From: Minisyncoccota bacterium
GTDB taxonomy: Bacteria; Patescibacteriota; Minisyncoccia; Phycocordibacterales; UBA6065
Length of the DNA stretch: 64,000 nt
Direction: 5' to 3'
Assembly: GCA_035546035.1 (NCBI GenBank)
Contig: DASZXC010000003.1
Location: 64,479-128,478, forward strand
How positions within the stretch are numbered: position 1 is the stretch's first letter; each line of letters begins with the position of its first letter. The position numbers were made by a program, and so were the translations under genes. The notes under the pieces were generated by a model. That model saw only the letters and a list, made by a program, of their open reading frames with translations. It was not told where the DNA came from and did no database searches. This document shows, piece after piece, positions 11,219-19,557 of the stretch.

Positions 11219-12415
11219 TTATATCCGCGGGCCGAGAGGGAGAGTGCCGACGGCTTTAAGAGGCACGCCGGCGTCTGTAGCTTTATTCCGATTGAAATAT
11301 CCTGCCAGGGCGATCATAAGGGCGTTGTCTGTCGAATGATCGATGCGGGGCAAGAGGAGCTTGATCGAGCATTCCTGCGCGAGCGTCTCGAGCGCCGTCC
11401 GGATATGCCCATTCGCTATGACGCCACCGCCGATGACGAGCGTGCCCGGCGCATAGCCTTCAATGGCTTTTCGCATCTTGGCTATGACGATGTCGGTAAC
11501 GGAGTCTTCGATCTCGCGGGCATATGCGCGGACGAGATCGGGGGTCAGCTCTTTTTCTTTCTTCGCTGCGTATAGAACGGCGGTCTTCAGTCCCGAGAAT
11601 GAGAAATCCAACGAATCGGAATCAAGCATCGGTCTGGGTAGGGGGGTCGCAAGCTTTATGCCTTGCGCGCGAGCCTCCGCGGCGAGCGCGCCGATTCTCG
11701 GTCCGCCCGGGTACGGCAGCTTCAGGACGCGCGCGGTCTTGTCGAAGCATTCGCCGATCGCGTCATCGAGCGTCTCGCCGATGATTTTGTACGAGCCGGC
11801 CTTCTCCATGAGAACTATCTGCGTGTGGCCGCCGGAGATAAGGAGCGAGAGGGCAGGATATGCGATATTTTCTCCGAGAAGCTTGAAATGCGCGCTCGCG
11901 TCGCCTGTATTCTCAATAAGAGCCGCGAGGATATGTCCCTCCATATGGTTGCAGGGCACGATCGGTACGTTCCACAGCATCGAAAGTGCCCGCGCGAAAT
12001 TGATGCCGACCCAAAGCGCGGGCTCAAGTCCAGGACCGATAGTCACCGCGATGCGGTCTATGTCAGGGCGGGCGATGGACGGCACGGATCTCTTGAACGC
12101 TTCGAGAAGCTCCGTCTCGCGCGACAATATTTCCCCGACCGCGGCGGGGATTTTCTGCTCTTTTGTCGTCGCTGCCGCGTTCGAAATCATTCCCGCCTGT
12201 TCGAGCGTCTTCATCAGAATAGGGATCAGGTTTATCTGATGCTCGCGCTTCGCGAGCGTAGGGAAGACGCCGCCATAGGCAGCATGGACGTCTATCTGCG
12301 AATGGACGGTGTTGCCCAGCACATGCGCCGTGCCTTTCGCTTCGTCGAAACGGACGACCGACACTGCCGTCTCGTCGCACGAAGTCTCGATGCCGAGTAC
12401 CGTCAGGGTTTTCAT
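11219..12415 (-). CDS. tsaD: tRNA threonylcarbamoyltransferase TsaD
   Basis: LGIETSCDET, NHMEGH, SGGHT, TDNALMIA; start set at MKTLTV. Confidence 0.95.
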   Translation of the reverse strand: MKTLTVLGIETSCDETAVSVVRFDEAKGTAHVLGNTVHSQIDVHAAYGGVFPTLAKREHQINLIPILMKTLEQAGMISNAAATTKEQKIPAAVGEILSRETELLEAFKRSVPSIARPDIDRIAVTIGPGLEPALWVGINFARALSMLWNVPIVPCNHMEGHILAALIENTGDASAHFKLLGENIAYPALSLLISGGHTQIVLMEKAGSYKIIGETLDDAIGECFDKTARVLKLPYPGGPRIGALAAEARAQGIKLATPLPRPMLDSDSLDFSFSGLKTAVLYAAKKEKELTPDLVRAYAREIEDSVTDIVIAKMRKAIEGYAPGTLVIGGGVIANGHIRTALETLAQECSIKLLLPRIDHSTDNALMIALAGYFNRNKATDAGVPLKAVGTLPLGPRI

Positions 12416-12490
12416 GGTGCGCGGTATAGGACTTGAACCTATGACCCTCTCAACGTCAATGAGATGCTCTACCAACTGAGCTAACCGCGC
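12415..12490 (-). tRNA. tRNA-Val(GAC)
   Basis: Cloverleaf; TCTCA-TT-GAC-GT-TGAGA; encoded CCA. Confidence 0.95.
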
Positions 12491-12541
12491 TTATATTCAG
12501 GCTGTAAGGCCTACTTTACACGAAATCGAGGCTTTTTCAAC

Positions 12542-12877
12542 CTATTTTGCTGCAGGCGGGTCCTTCGGCCTGTCGAACAGGTCGGCGGCCTTCTTGATGA
12601 CGAAATAGACGACGAGAGCGAGGATAAGGAAATTGACCGCGAGCGATATGAAATTGCCGTATTTGATGACCGAGCCGTCTATCGTGACTGAAAGATTGGC
12701 GAGATCGCTGAATTGACCGAATATGAGGCCGATCGTCGGATTTATGATGTCGACGACGAGAGAATTGACCAGGTCGGACATCGCTTTACCCAAAATAAAA
12801 CCGACGGCGAAACCGATGACGCCCTGGGTCCTCACGAAATGTATGAAACCTCTGAATTGTTCGCGGATGATATTCAT
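12542..12877 (-). CDS. mscL: Large-conductance mechanosensitive channel
   Basis: VIGFAVGFILG, SLVVDIINP, YGNFI. Confidence 0.88.
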   Translation of the reverse strand: MNIIREQFRGFIHFVRTQGVIGFAVGFILGKAMSDLVNSLVVDIINPTIGLIFGQFSDLANLSVTIDGSVIKYGNFISLAVNFLILALVVYFVIKKAADLFDRPKDPPAAK

Positions 12878-13162
12878 ATGTCGATGATATTGGCGGGCTA
12901 CTCGGGTATGGTACCCACACCTCGAGGCTTTGTAAGGGTATTTTAGCACGTTTGAGCCGACCCATTTGAGGTTTGTGGGTCGGGGTCTATATTTCCGAAG
13001 TTGGCACAATTTGGCACACGAAAAGGCACTGTTTCAAACAAGCGTTCCAAAGGCACTTTGGGGTATGCCCCGCTAGGAGCCATAAGGGTATTTTGAGGAT
13101 ATTGGAACAGCACACTGTTCCGAGGGACTGTGCCAATTTGATTTGAGAGAAAAAACATAGAA

Positions 13163-13190
13163 TTGACACAGCGTATTGGACCGCTACAAT
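13163..13190 (+). promoter_or_regulatory. Sigma70-like promoter upstream of the MTase-terminase operon leader
   Basis: TTGACA-N16-TACAAT. Confidence 0.6.
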
Positions 13191-13524
13191 TAGGATAACT
13201 TGAGCGATCAAGTGCCGTTCATTCCAAGACAAATACGTACTTGAGAGAATTCGATACGCTCTGCTTCTGTCTTGTCGGCGCATCAAGACCTCCGCACCCA
13301 ACGTTGCAACTGGGGTGGAAGCGGACGCACGATTTCTCTCGCCATCTTCTGATGGACAGGTACTTCTCTCATACCTTCGAAGCCGTTGCAGAATCCGCAC
13401 TGTCAAAATAGCGGAAGTTAAATAAACGAATAGGAGGGGTTGAAGATTTCACTGGGGTAACAAATGACTAACGCTTTTTTGCGCGTCTTTGTTATTCAAG
13501 TGAAGCACTCGACCCTTTGAATAC

Positions 13525-13561
13525 CAAAAGACCAGCACTTTGCGTGCTGGTCTTTTGTTTT
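13525..13561 (+). terminator. Terminator-like hairpin preceding the first methyltransferase
   Basis: CAAAAGACCAGCAC-TTTGC-GTGCTGGTCTTTTG-TTTT, 14-bp stem. Confidence 0.7.
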
Positions 13562-13595
13562 GGATGCGGATTATTAAGTTAATCAACACGCATCC

Positions 13596-14882
13596 ATGTC
13601 CAAACAGACACCACTGGTGTGGCGCACCGAAAAACGCCGAGTAAACGATCTTCTACCCTACGAGAAGAATCCGAGAAAGATAACGGATAAGCAGATGGAA
13701 GACCTCAAAGAGAGCTTGAAGAAGTTCAACCTTGCGGAGATTCCTGCGATTAACCTAGACGGCAAGATAGTCGCTGGCCATCAGCGCATCAAAGCCCTTC
13801 AGCTCCTTGGTCGAGGAGAGGAAGAAATAGAAATCAGAATCCCTAACAGAAAGCTCTCTGCTTCAGAATTCAAGGAATACCTTCTCACCTCAAATCGCTC
13901 GGGCGGATCATGGGATTGGGAAATCCTTGCGAGCGACTTCGATATCGACACCCTGCTCGCTTCGGGATTCGACTCGACCGACCTGACCAACATCTTTGAC
14001 GATTCACTCGAAGTGACCGACGACAACTTCGACGAAGAAAAAGAGTTGGAGAAAATCAAAGAAACCGATATCAAATTCGGCGACTACTTCGCTCTTGGTC
14101 GTCACCGATTGCTCTGTGGTAACTCGATGGATCAGAATATGGTCAAGTTCCTCATGAATGGCAACGAAGCGGACTTGATCAACACCGACCCTCCGTACAA
14201 CATCGGCCTCTCATATGACAAAGGTGTCGGCAACAAGGCGAAGTATGGCGGCACAACTGATGACAACAAATCCGATGCCGAGTACCGAACCTTCCTGAAG
14301 ACCCTTATCGAAAATGCCCTCGCCGTCTCAAAGAAGGACTGTCACGTCTTCTTCTGGAACGACGAGACGCACGTATACATCCTCCAAGAGCTGTACAAGG
14401 AGCTTGGCATCGACTCCAAGCGCCTTTGCCTGTGGATCAAAGACAACGCAAATCCGACACCTGGAATCGCCTTTAACAAAGTGACCGAGTACTGCGTGTA
14501 CGGCACTCGCGGCAAACCCTATCTCTCCGACAAGGTAAAGAACTTGAATGAGATCCTCAACAAGGAAACAACTAGTGGCAACCGACTGACCGAGGATATT
14601 CTCGACCTCCTGAATATCTGGCTTGTTAAGCGTTTGCCATCACAGGAATACGCTCACCCTACGCAGAAGCCTCCGACACTTCACGAAAAGGCATTGAGGC
14701 GATGCTCTCGCCCAGGAGACATAGTCCTCGATCTCACTGGCGGATCAGGAAGCATTCTCTCTGCCTGCGAACAGCTCAAACGAACGGCCTATGTTGTCGA
14801 GATGGAGCCGATCTTCTGCCAATTGATTATTAACAGATTTAAGCAAATAGCACCCCATGAAAAAGTCACCAAACTTAATTAA
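13596..14882 (+). CDS. ParB-like N-terminal domain + N4/N6 DNA methyltransferase (phage type)
   Basis: LLPYEKNPR, IVAGHQRI (ParB-like); TDPPY, HPTQKP, DLTGGSGS. Confidence 0.9.
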   Translation: MSKQTPLVWRTEKRRVNDLLPYEKNPRKITDKQMEDLKESLKKFNLAEIPAINLDGKIVAGHQRIKALQLLGRGEEEIEIRIPNRKLSASEFKEYLLTSNRSGGSWDWEILASDFDIDTLLASGFDSTDLTNIFDDSLEVTDDNFDEEKELEKIKETDIKFGDYFALGRHRLLCGNSMDQNMVKFLMNGNEADLINTDPPYNIGLSYDKGVGNKAKYGGTTDDNKSDAEYRTFLKTLIENALAVSKKDCHVFFWNDETHVYILQELYKELGIDSKRLCLWIKDNANPTPGIAFNKVTEYCVYGTRGKPYLSDKVKNLNEILNKETTSGNRLTEDILDLLNIWLVKRLPSQEYAHPTQKPPTLHEKALRRCSRPGDIVLDLTGGSGSILSACEQLKRTAYVVEMEPIFCQLIINRFKQIAPHEKVTKLN

Positions 14883-15615
14883 GGCTGGAGATATCTTTCG
14901 ACTTGGAGATCACGTTATCGCTTGTGGCGATTCGAGAGACAAGGAATTTGTAGCGAGAGTCATCGGCAAGCACAAAATCAAAGCCGTCATTTCCGATCCT
15001 CCATATGGAGTGGCAGTTGCCGAGAGCAAACAAAACTTCAAAGCATTGCTTAAAGACAAGAAGATCGAGAATGATCATCTGCAAAGCGACGAGGAATATA
15101 AAAAGTTCACTGAAGATTGGCTTGGTGCTGTGACTCCGCATCTCGAAAGGAAGAACGCCATCTACATCTTCAATTCAGACAAGATGATCTTTGCATTGCG
15201 TGACGGAATGAAATCAATCGGATGCAAATTCGCACAGCTCATCGTCTGGGTGAAGACTCAGGCGGTTGTCGGACGAATGGATTATGCACCGATGCATGAA
15301 CTCATCGCATATGGGTGGTACGGAACGCACGAATTTCTGAAGTCGAAAGACAAATCAGTCATCGTGCATCCTAAGCCAACTAAAAGCCCCCTTCATCCCA
15401 CGACAAAGCCTGTGCCGCTCATCAGGCATTTGATTCTCAACAGCACTCGCATTGGCGATGTTGTCTATGACTGTTTCCTCGGCTCGGGAACGTGCCTTCT
15501 TGCGTGCGAACAGACGAAAAGAATCTGCATTGGAATCGAGCTTGATGCCGAATATGTGCAGACAGCCATACATCGCTGGGAAAAATTATCAGGACTAACC
15601 GCAATAAAGATATGA
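14857..15615 (+). CDS. N4/N6 DNA methyltransferase
   Basis: SDPPY, HPTTKP, DCFLGSGT. Confidence 0.9.
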   Translation: MKKSPNLIKAGDIFRLGDHVIACGDSRDKEFVARVIGKHKIKAVISDPPYGVAVAESKQNFKALLKDKKIENDHLQSDEEYKKFTEDWLGAVTPHLERKNAIYIFNSDKMIFALRDGMKSIGCKFAQLIVWVKTQAVVGRMDYAPMHELIAYGWYGTHEFLKSKDKSVIVHPKPTKSPLHPTTKPVPLIRHLILNSTRIGDVVYDCFLGSGTCLLACEQTKRICIGIELDAEYVQTAIHRWEKLSGLTAIKI

Positions 15616-16004
15616 AAAGAACATCAACCATTCGCAGAAATACTGCCGAGAAGAAAGTACTTCTCGAACAGCTTAGAAAAATACCTATCGTGCAAATTGC
15701 CTGCGAGCGAGCAGACATCGGGCGCACCACGTACTACCGATGGCGACGCGAGGATGAGAAGTTCAAGAAATTGGCAGACGAAGCGATGCAGGATGGCGAG
15801 GAGATGATCAACGACTTGAGCGAATCGCAACTGATTACCCTCATCAAGGAAAAGAACTTCTCTGCGATTCAGCTCTGGCTAAGGCAACACCATCCGAAGT
15901 ACCGGACAAAGGTCGAACTTACTGCAAAGATCGAGGACGAGTCTCTCACTCCCGAAGAAGAAAACCTCGTTAGAAAAGCCTTAGGAATAGACGACCATGC
16001 ATAA
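15612..16004 (+). CDS. HTH protein, terminase small subunit-like
   Basis: ACERADIGRTTYYRWR HTH; directly upstream of and overlapping the terL-like gene. Confidence 0.7.
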   Translation: MKRTSTIRRNTAEKKVLLEQLRKIPIVQIACERADIGRTTYYRWRREDEKFKKLADEAMQDGEEMINDLSESQLITLIKEKNFSAIQLWLRQHHPKYRTKVELTAKIEDESLTPEEENLVRKALGIDDHA

Positions 16005-18093
16005 TCACGACACAGAGGTTTCGCTTGAGAAGATCGATGAGATCGTACAAAACCGACAGATCAGGCGAGCGATCACCAGAGCCTGCCATCACTGGTTCTT
16101 CCACATCTACTTCTCGCATTACATCAAGTACAAGACCGCAAGATTTCATAAGGAACTGTTCGAGTTGACCGAAGATACGACTCACAAGACAACCGTCATC
16201 GAGGCGTTCCGAGGATCGGGCAAGACCACGATCATGGGAACTTCCTACGCCATCTGGTCTATTCTCGGATGCCAGCAGAAGAAATTCGTGCTCATCATCG
16301 CCAAGACCGAAAGTCAGGCAAGACAGTATTTGGCAAACATAAAGCTCGAACTTGAAAACAACCGATTGCTTCGGTTGGACTTGGGACCATTCGAAGAACC
16401 GAACGACGAATGGCGAGCAGTTTCTATCGTGATCCCAAAGTACGGTGCGAGAATCACAGTGGCCTCGATAGACAACTCGATTCGAGGTATCAAGCACGGA
16501 GCGCATCGTCCTGATCTCATCATCGCAGACGACCTTGAGGACTTGGATATCGTAAAGACCCAAGAAAGCCGTGACAAGATATTTAACTGGCTCATGGGTG
16601 ACATCATTCCTCTCGGAGACAAGGATACGAGGATGATCGTTATAGGTACTAAACTCCATAACGACTCCGTCATTGCACGATTGAAGAAAGCTATTATCGA
16701 AGGACGAATGGATGGCATCGCAAAGTCATTTCCGTTCCTCCAAGAAGATGGGACCGCAACATGGCATGAGAAGTATTCGACTCAGGCAGACATAGACACG
16801 CTTCGAAAGTCCGTGCCAAGCTCGCAGGCATGGGAGCGAGAGTATATGCTCCGCATCATCGTCGATGACGATCAAGTCATACGACCCGAGTGGATTCGTT
16901 ACTATGACTCGCTTCCGTCTGATGCATACCGATTCGCGGCGACTGGCATTGACCCCGCAATCAGCGAGAAAGAAACGGCGGATTACACCTCGATGGTTTC
17001 AGGAAAGATATATGGCAGGAAGAAAAACCTAAAGATTTATATTCTGCCGAATCCTGTGAACGAGCGGATGGATTTCCCGAAGACCATCGAGCGTATCAAG
17101 TCACTTTCTCGATTGCTTGGAAACGCACACGTATGGATTGAGAACGTGGGATACCAGAAGTCGATCATAGATCATCTACGTTCAGAGAACTTTCCTGCAA
17201 AGGAATATAAGTCTCATGGATCAGACAAAAGGGCGAGACTCTCATTGGTGTCCCATCTTGTGCAGTCAGGCACGGTACTCTTCCCGAGAGTCGGCGCAGA
17301 GAAACTGATATCCCAGCTCATAGGTTTTGGAACGGAAAAGCACGACGACCTTTCCGATGCTTTCTGTATCCTTGTTTCAAGCGTCATAGATCAGGAATCG
17401 AGCGTGCCGAAGGGATATCACCGACTGTTCAGCGAGGCGGTCATAGATGCAAGCTGTAGGGGCGATGCCGCATTTGCGGGAGAGAAGCGACTCGGTATTT
17501 CTATTGCCAATGCGTATCGGCCATATTCAGCCATAGTGTTGCGGAGCGATACTACAGCAAAGGTGCTTCATCACGGCTTTATTGATCCTGTCTCATTGGC
17601 AAAGAAAACGATAGAGCTTGCGAAGGCATACGAGATACCAATTTCTGATGAGAACATATTTGTTGATAAGACAGGAGAAGGACAGGAACTGTGCAGACTA
17701 CTCCGTCAATTCGCACAGGGACAGTTCGAGATTAGAAAATATGAGACAAGACAGAGATACGGCATTGAGATGAGCGAACCTCCGCAATTCGAGAATAATC
17801 TGTTTAGCGATAATTGGGCGCGGGCATATTCAAAGCTTGTGGGCTGGATCGAGAAAGGCGGCGCATTGCTTGGCAACCACGATTTCGACGATCTTCTTTA
17901 CATCTGCTACGCAGATCAGAGTGGAAAGAGAAAACTAATCGAACGAGAAGTGCTTGCAAGCGAAGGGATCGATACTTCGATACCCGATGCGCTTGCACTT
18001 ACGATTGCAAAAGACAAACGAGTGATTAGCAGGCCAAATGAAGATGATTACTGGGAGGAGGATTCACCGCAGTATCCAACGATCGGGATATAA
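15997..18093 (+). CDS. Terminase large subunit-like protein with extra C-terminal domain
   Basis: Walker A AFRGSGKT, Walker B IIADD, nuclease GIDPA...HDDLSDA. Confidence 0.88.
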   Translation: MHNHDTEVSLEKIDEIVQNRQIRRAITRACHHWFFHIYFSHYIKYKTARFHKELFELTEDTTHKTTVIEAFRGSGKTTIMGTSYAIWSILGCQQKKFVLIIAKTESQARQYLANIKLELENNRLLRLDLGPFEEPNDEWRAVSIVIPKYGARITVASIDNSIRGIKHGAHRPDLIIADDLEDLDIVKTQESRDKIFNWLMGDIIPLGDKDTRMIVIGTKLHNDSVIARLKKAIIEGRMDGIAKSFPFLQEDGTATWHEKYSTQADIDTLRKSVPSSQAWEREYMLRIIVDDDQVIRPEWIRYYDSLPSDAYRFAATGIDPAISEKETADYTSMVSGKIYGRKKNLKIYILPNPVNERMDFPKTIERIKSLSRLLGNAHVWIENVGYQKSIIDHLRSENFPAKEYKSHGSDKRARLSLVSHLVQSGTVLFPRVGAEKLISQLIGFGTEKHDDLSDAFCILVSSVIDQESSVPKGYHRLFSEAVIDASCRGDAAFAGEKRLGISIANAYRPYSAIVLRSDTTAKVLHHGFIDPVSLAKKTIELAKAYEIPISDENIFVDKTGEGQELCRLLRQFAQGQFEIRKYETRQRYGIEMSEPPQFENNLFSDNWARAYSKLVGWIEKGGALLGNHDFDDLLYICYADQSGKRKLIEREVLASEGIDTSIPDALALTIAKDKRVISRPNEDDYWEEDSPQYPTIGI

Positions 18094-18115
18094 ATTTATA
18101 TTCTTAGGTGCTTAC

Positions 18116-18520
18116 CTAACTGAAATTGATCAAAAAGTTATACATTCCCATACCGCACACTCCCTGCAAAGGCTCTCCAGCTTTCGGAGTTCCAATGTCA
18201 ATCGTTTCTTCTCCTGTCTGCGGAAGAATCTTCTGGTAGCCAATTGAGCGAATCGCAAGTGAGGCCGAACAGTCATAGGTGCCGTTGGTCTTCACGATGA
18301 GCTTTGTCGGGATATTGGCTTTGGCCGTAGAGATTTTTGGAGAATAACCCGCCTTCGCATCAATCGTGATGTACTGAACACCATCTCGTATCTCAACGTT
18401 TTGGGCCGCTTGCGTAGAGGCAGTTGTATTAGCCTCCTTCGACTTTGATCCACCGAGAAAAACGATGCCGAGACCGACGACAAGGGCGAATGTGATAATG
18501 ATGGAAGCGGTTTTGTTCAT
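18116..18520 (-). CDS. Cupredoxin-domain protein
   Basis: GYSP and CGMGMY motifs; N-terminal TM. Confidence 0.8.
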   Translation of the reverse strand: MNKTASIIITFALVVGLGIVFLGGSKSKEANTTASTQAAQNVEIRDGVQYITIDAKAGYSPKISTAKANIPTKLIVKTNGTYDCSASLAIRSIGYQKILPQTGEETIDIGTPKAGEPLQGVCGMGMYNFLINFS

Positions 18521-18539
18521 AAAGTAATTATATTAAAAA

Positions 18540-19553
18540 TTAGATGTTGAATAAAGGACGGATGATGCCCAATCCCGCAAGACCAGCGAGAAGTGCAAAG
18601 ATACCGAGACCAATCACGACGATGCCTGCTGACTTAAAGAACAGCGGTGCATGTTTCGAATGAGCGAAAGACACTGAGCCGAAGGAAAGGAGCGCAAGCA
18701 TCGGCAGGGTTCCAAGGGCGAACGACAGCATAATCAAAAGTCCCGACATAAACGATCCGCTAGAGAGCGCGGCGACCTGCATTGCTTGGGTGAATCCACA
18801 TGGCAGGAAGAATGTGCCGATGCCGATAAGGATAGGAGCGAAGGTCGAGTGCTCCACTTTCCTGAAGTAAGCAAATATACCAGTCGGCAATGAGACTTTA
18901 TTTTTCTTGATGATGCCTACAAGATTGAGTCCGAGCAATATCATCACGGTTGATGCGATGAGTCCGAGAATCGCTGAAAACGTAAAGCTCACTCCGATTG
19001 CCTGACCGACAAGACCGAGCACACCTCCGAGAATTGCGAATCCGAAAAGTCGTCCACCGTGGAAGAGAACAAATTGTTTCTTGCTTGTTTTGGTACTTTC
19101 GTCCTGTGCGACTTTCGCCGAAAGAGAAAGGATCAGACCACCGACCACGGCGAGGCAACTTGATATCGATGCGATGAGTCCGATGACGAAACTTGTAGCC
19201 GGAGTTGTTGTACCGCCGATGCCGAGATTCAAGATGCCTGATTTTTGCAGAATGAAAAACAAGATCAGAAATGCTAGTCCAATTGGTATCGCTTTCCAAA
19301 TCACATCGTCCTGTTTTTTCTCAGCTACCTTTTTCTCTACCGAGAGCATGTAGCCGTTCTTTTTGATCTTCTCTGTAAGCTCTTTTGCCATCAGTTCAGG
19401 GTTTTGATCGCTATCGGTCTCGATGGTGACTGTCTCTTTTTTGAGATCAACTACCGACTTCTTGATGAAATCCTCCTCGCCCAAAATATCCTCAATAAGA
19501 ATCTTGCATGAGGCGCAATGGGTACCGGAAACGTGGAATGTAAGTGTCTTCAT
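18540..19553 (-). CDS. HMA + TauE/SafE (DsbD_2-like) membrane protein
   Basis: GTHCASC; SSCLAVVGG; FFLPCGFTQ. Confidence 0.85.
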   Translation of the reverse strand: MKTLTFHVSGTHCASCKILIEDILGEEDFIKKSVVDLKKETVTIETDSDQNPELMAKELTEKIKKNGYMLSVEKKVAEKKQDDVIWKAIPIGLAFLILFFILQKSGILNLGIGGTTTPATSFVIGLIASISSCLAVVGGLILSLSAKVAQDESTKTSKKQFVLFHGGRLFGFAILGGVLGLVGQAIGVSFTFSAILGLIASTVMILLGLNLVGIIKKNKVSLPTGIFAYFRKVEHSTFAPILIGIGTFFLPCGFTQAMQVAALSSGSFMSGLLIMLSFALGTLPMLALLSFGSVSFAHSKHAPLFFKSAGIVVIGLGIFALLAGLAGLGIIRPLFNI

Positions 19554-19557
19554 AGAA

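Noticed and set aside
12880-12960. attL duplication of the tRNA-Ser 3' end
   Set aside because: No extended match to GCGGAGAGGGGGAGATTCGAA found by eye at the left boundary.
12943-13406. Minus-strand ORFs 12943-13158 and 12987-13406
   Set aside because: They span a repeat-rich end region and promoter/leader and have no protein-like features.
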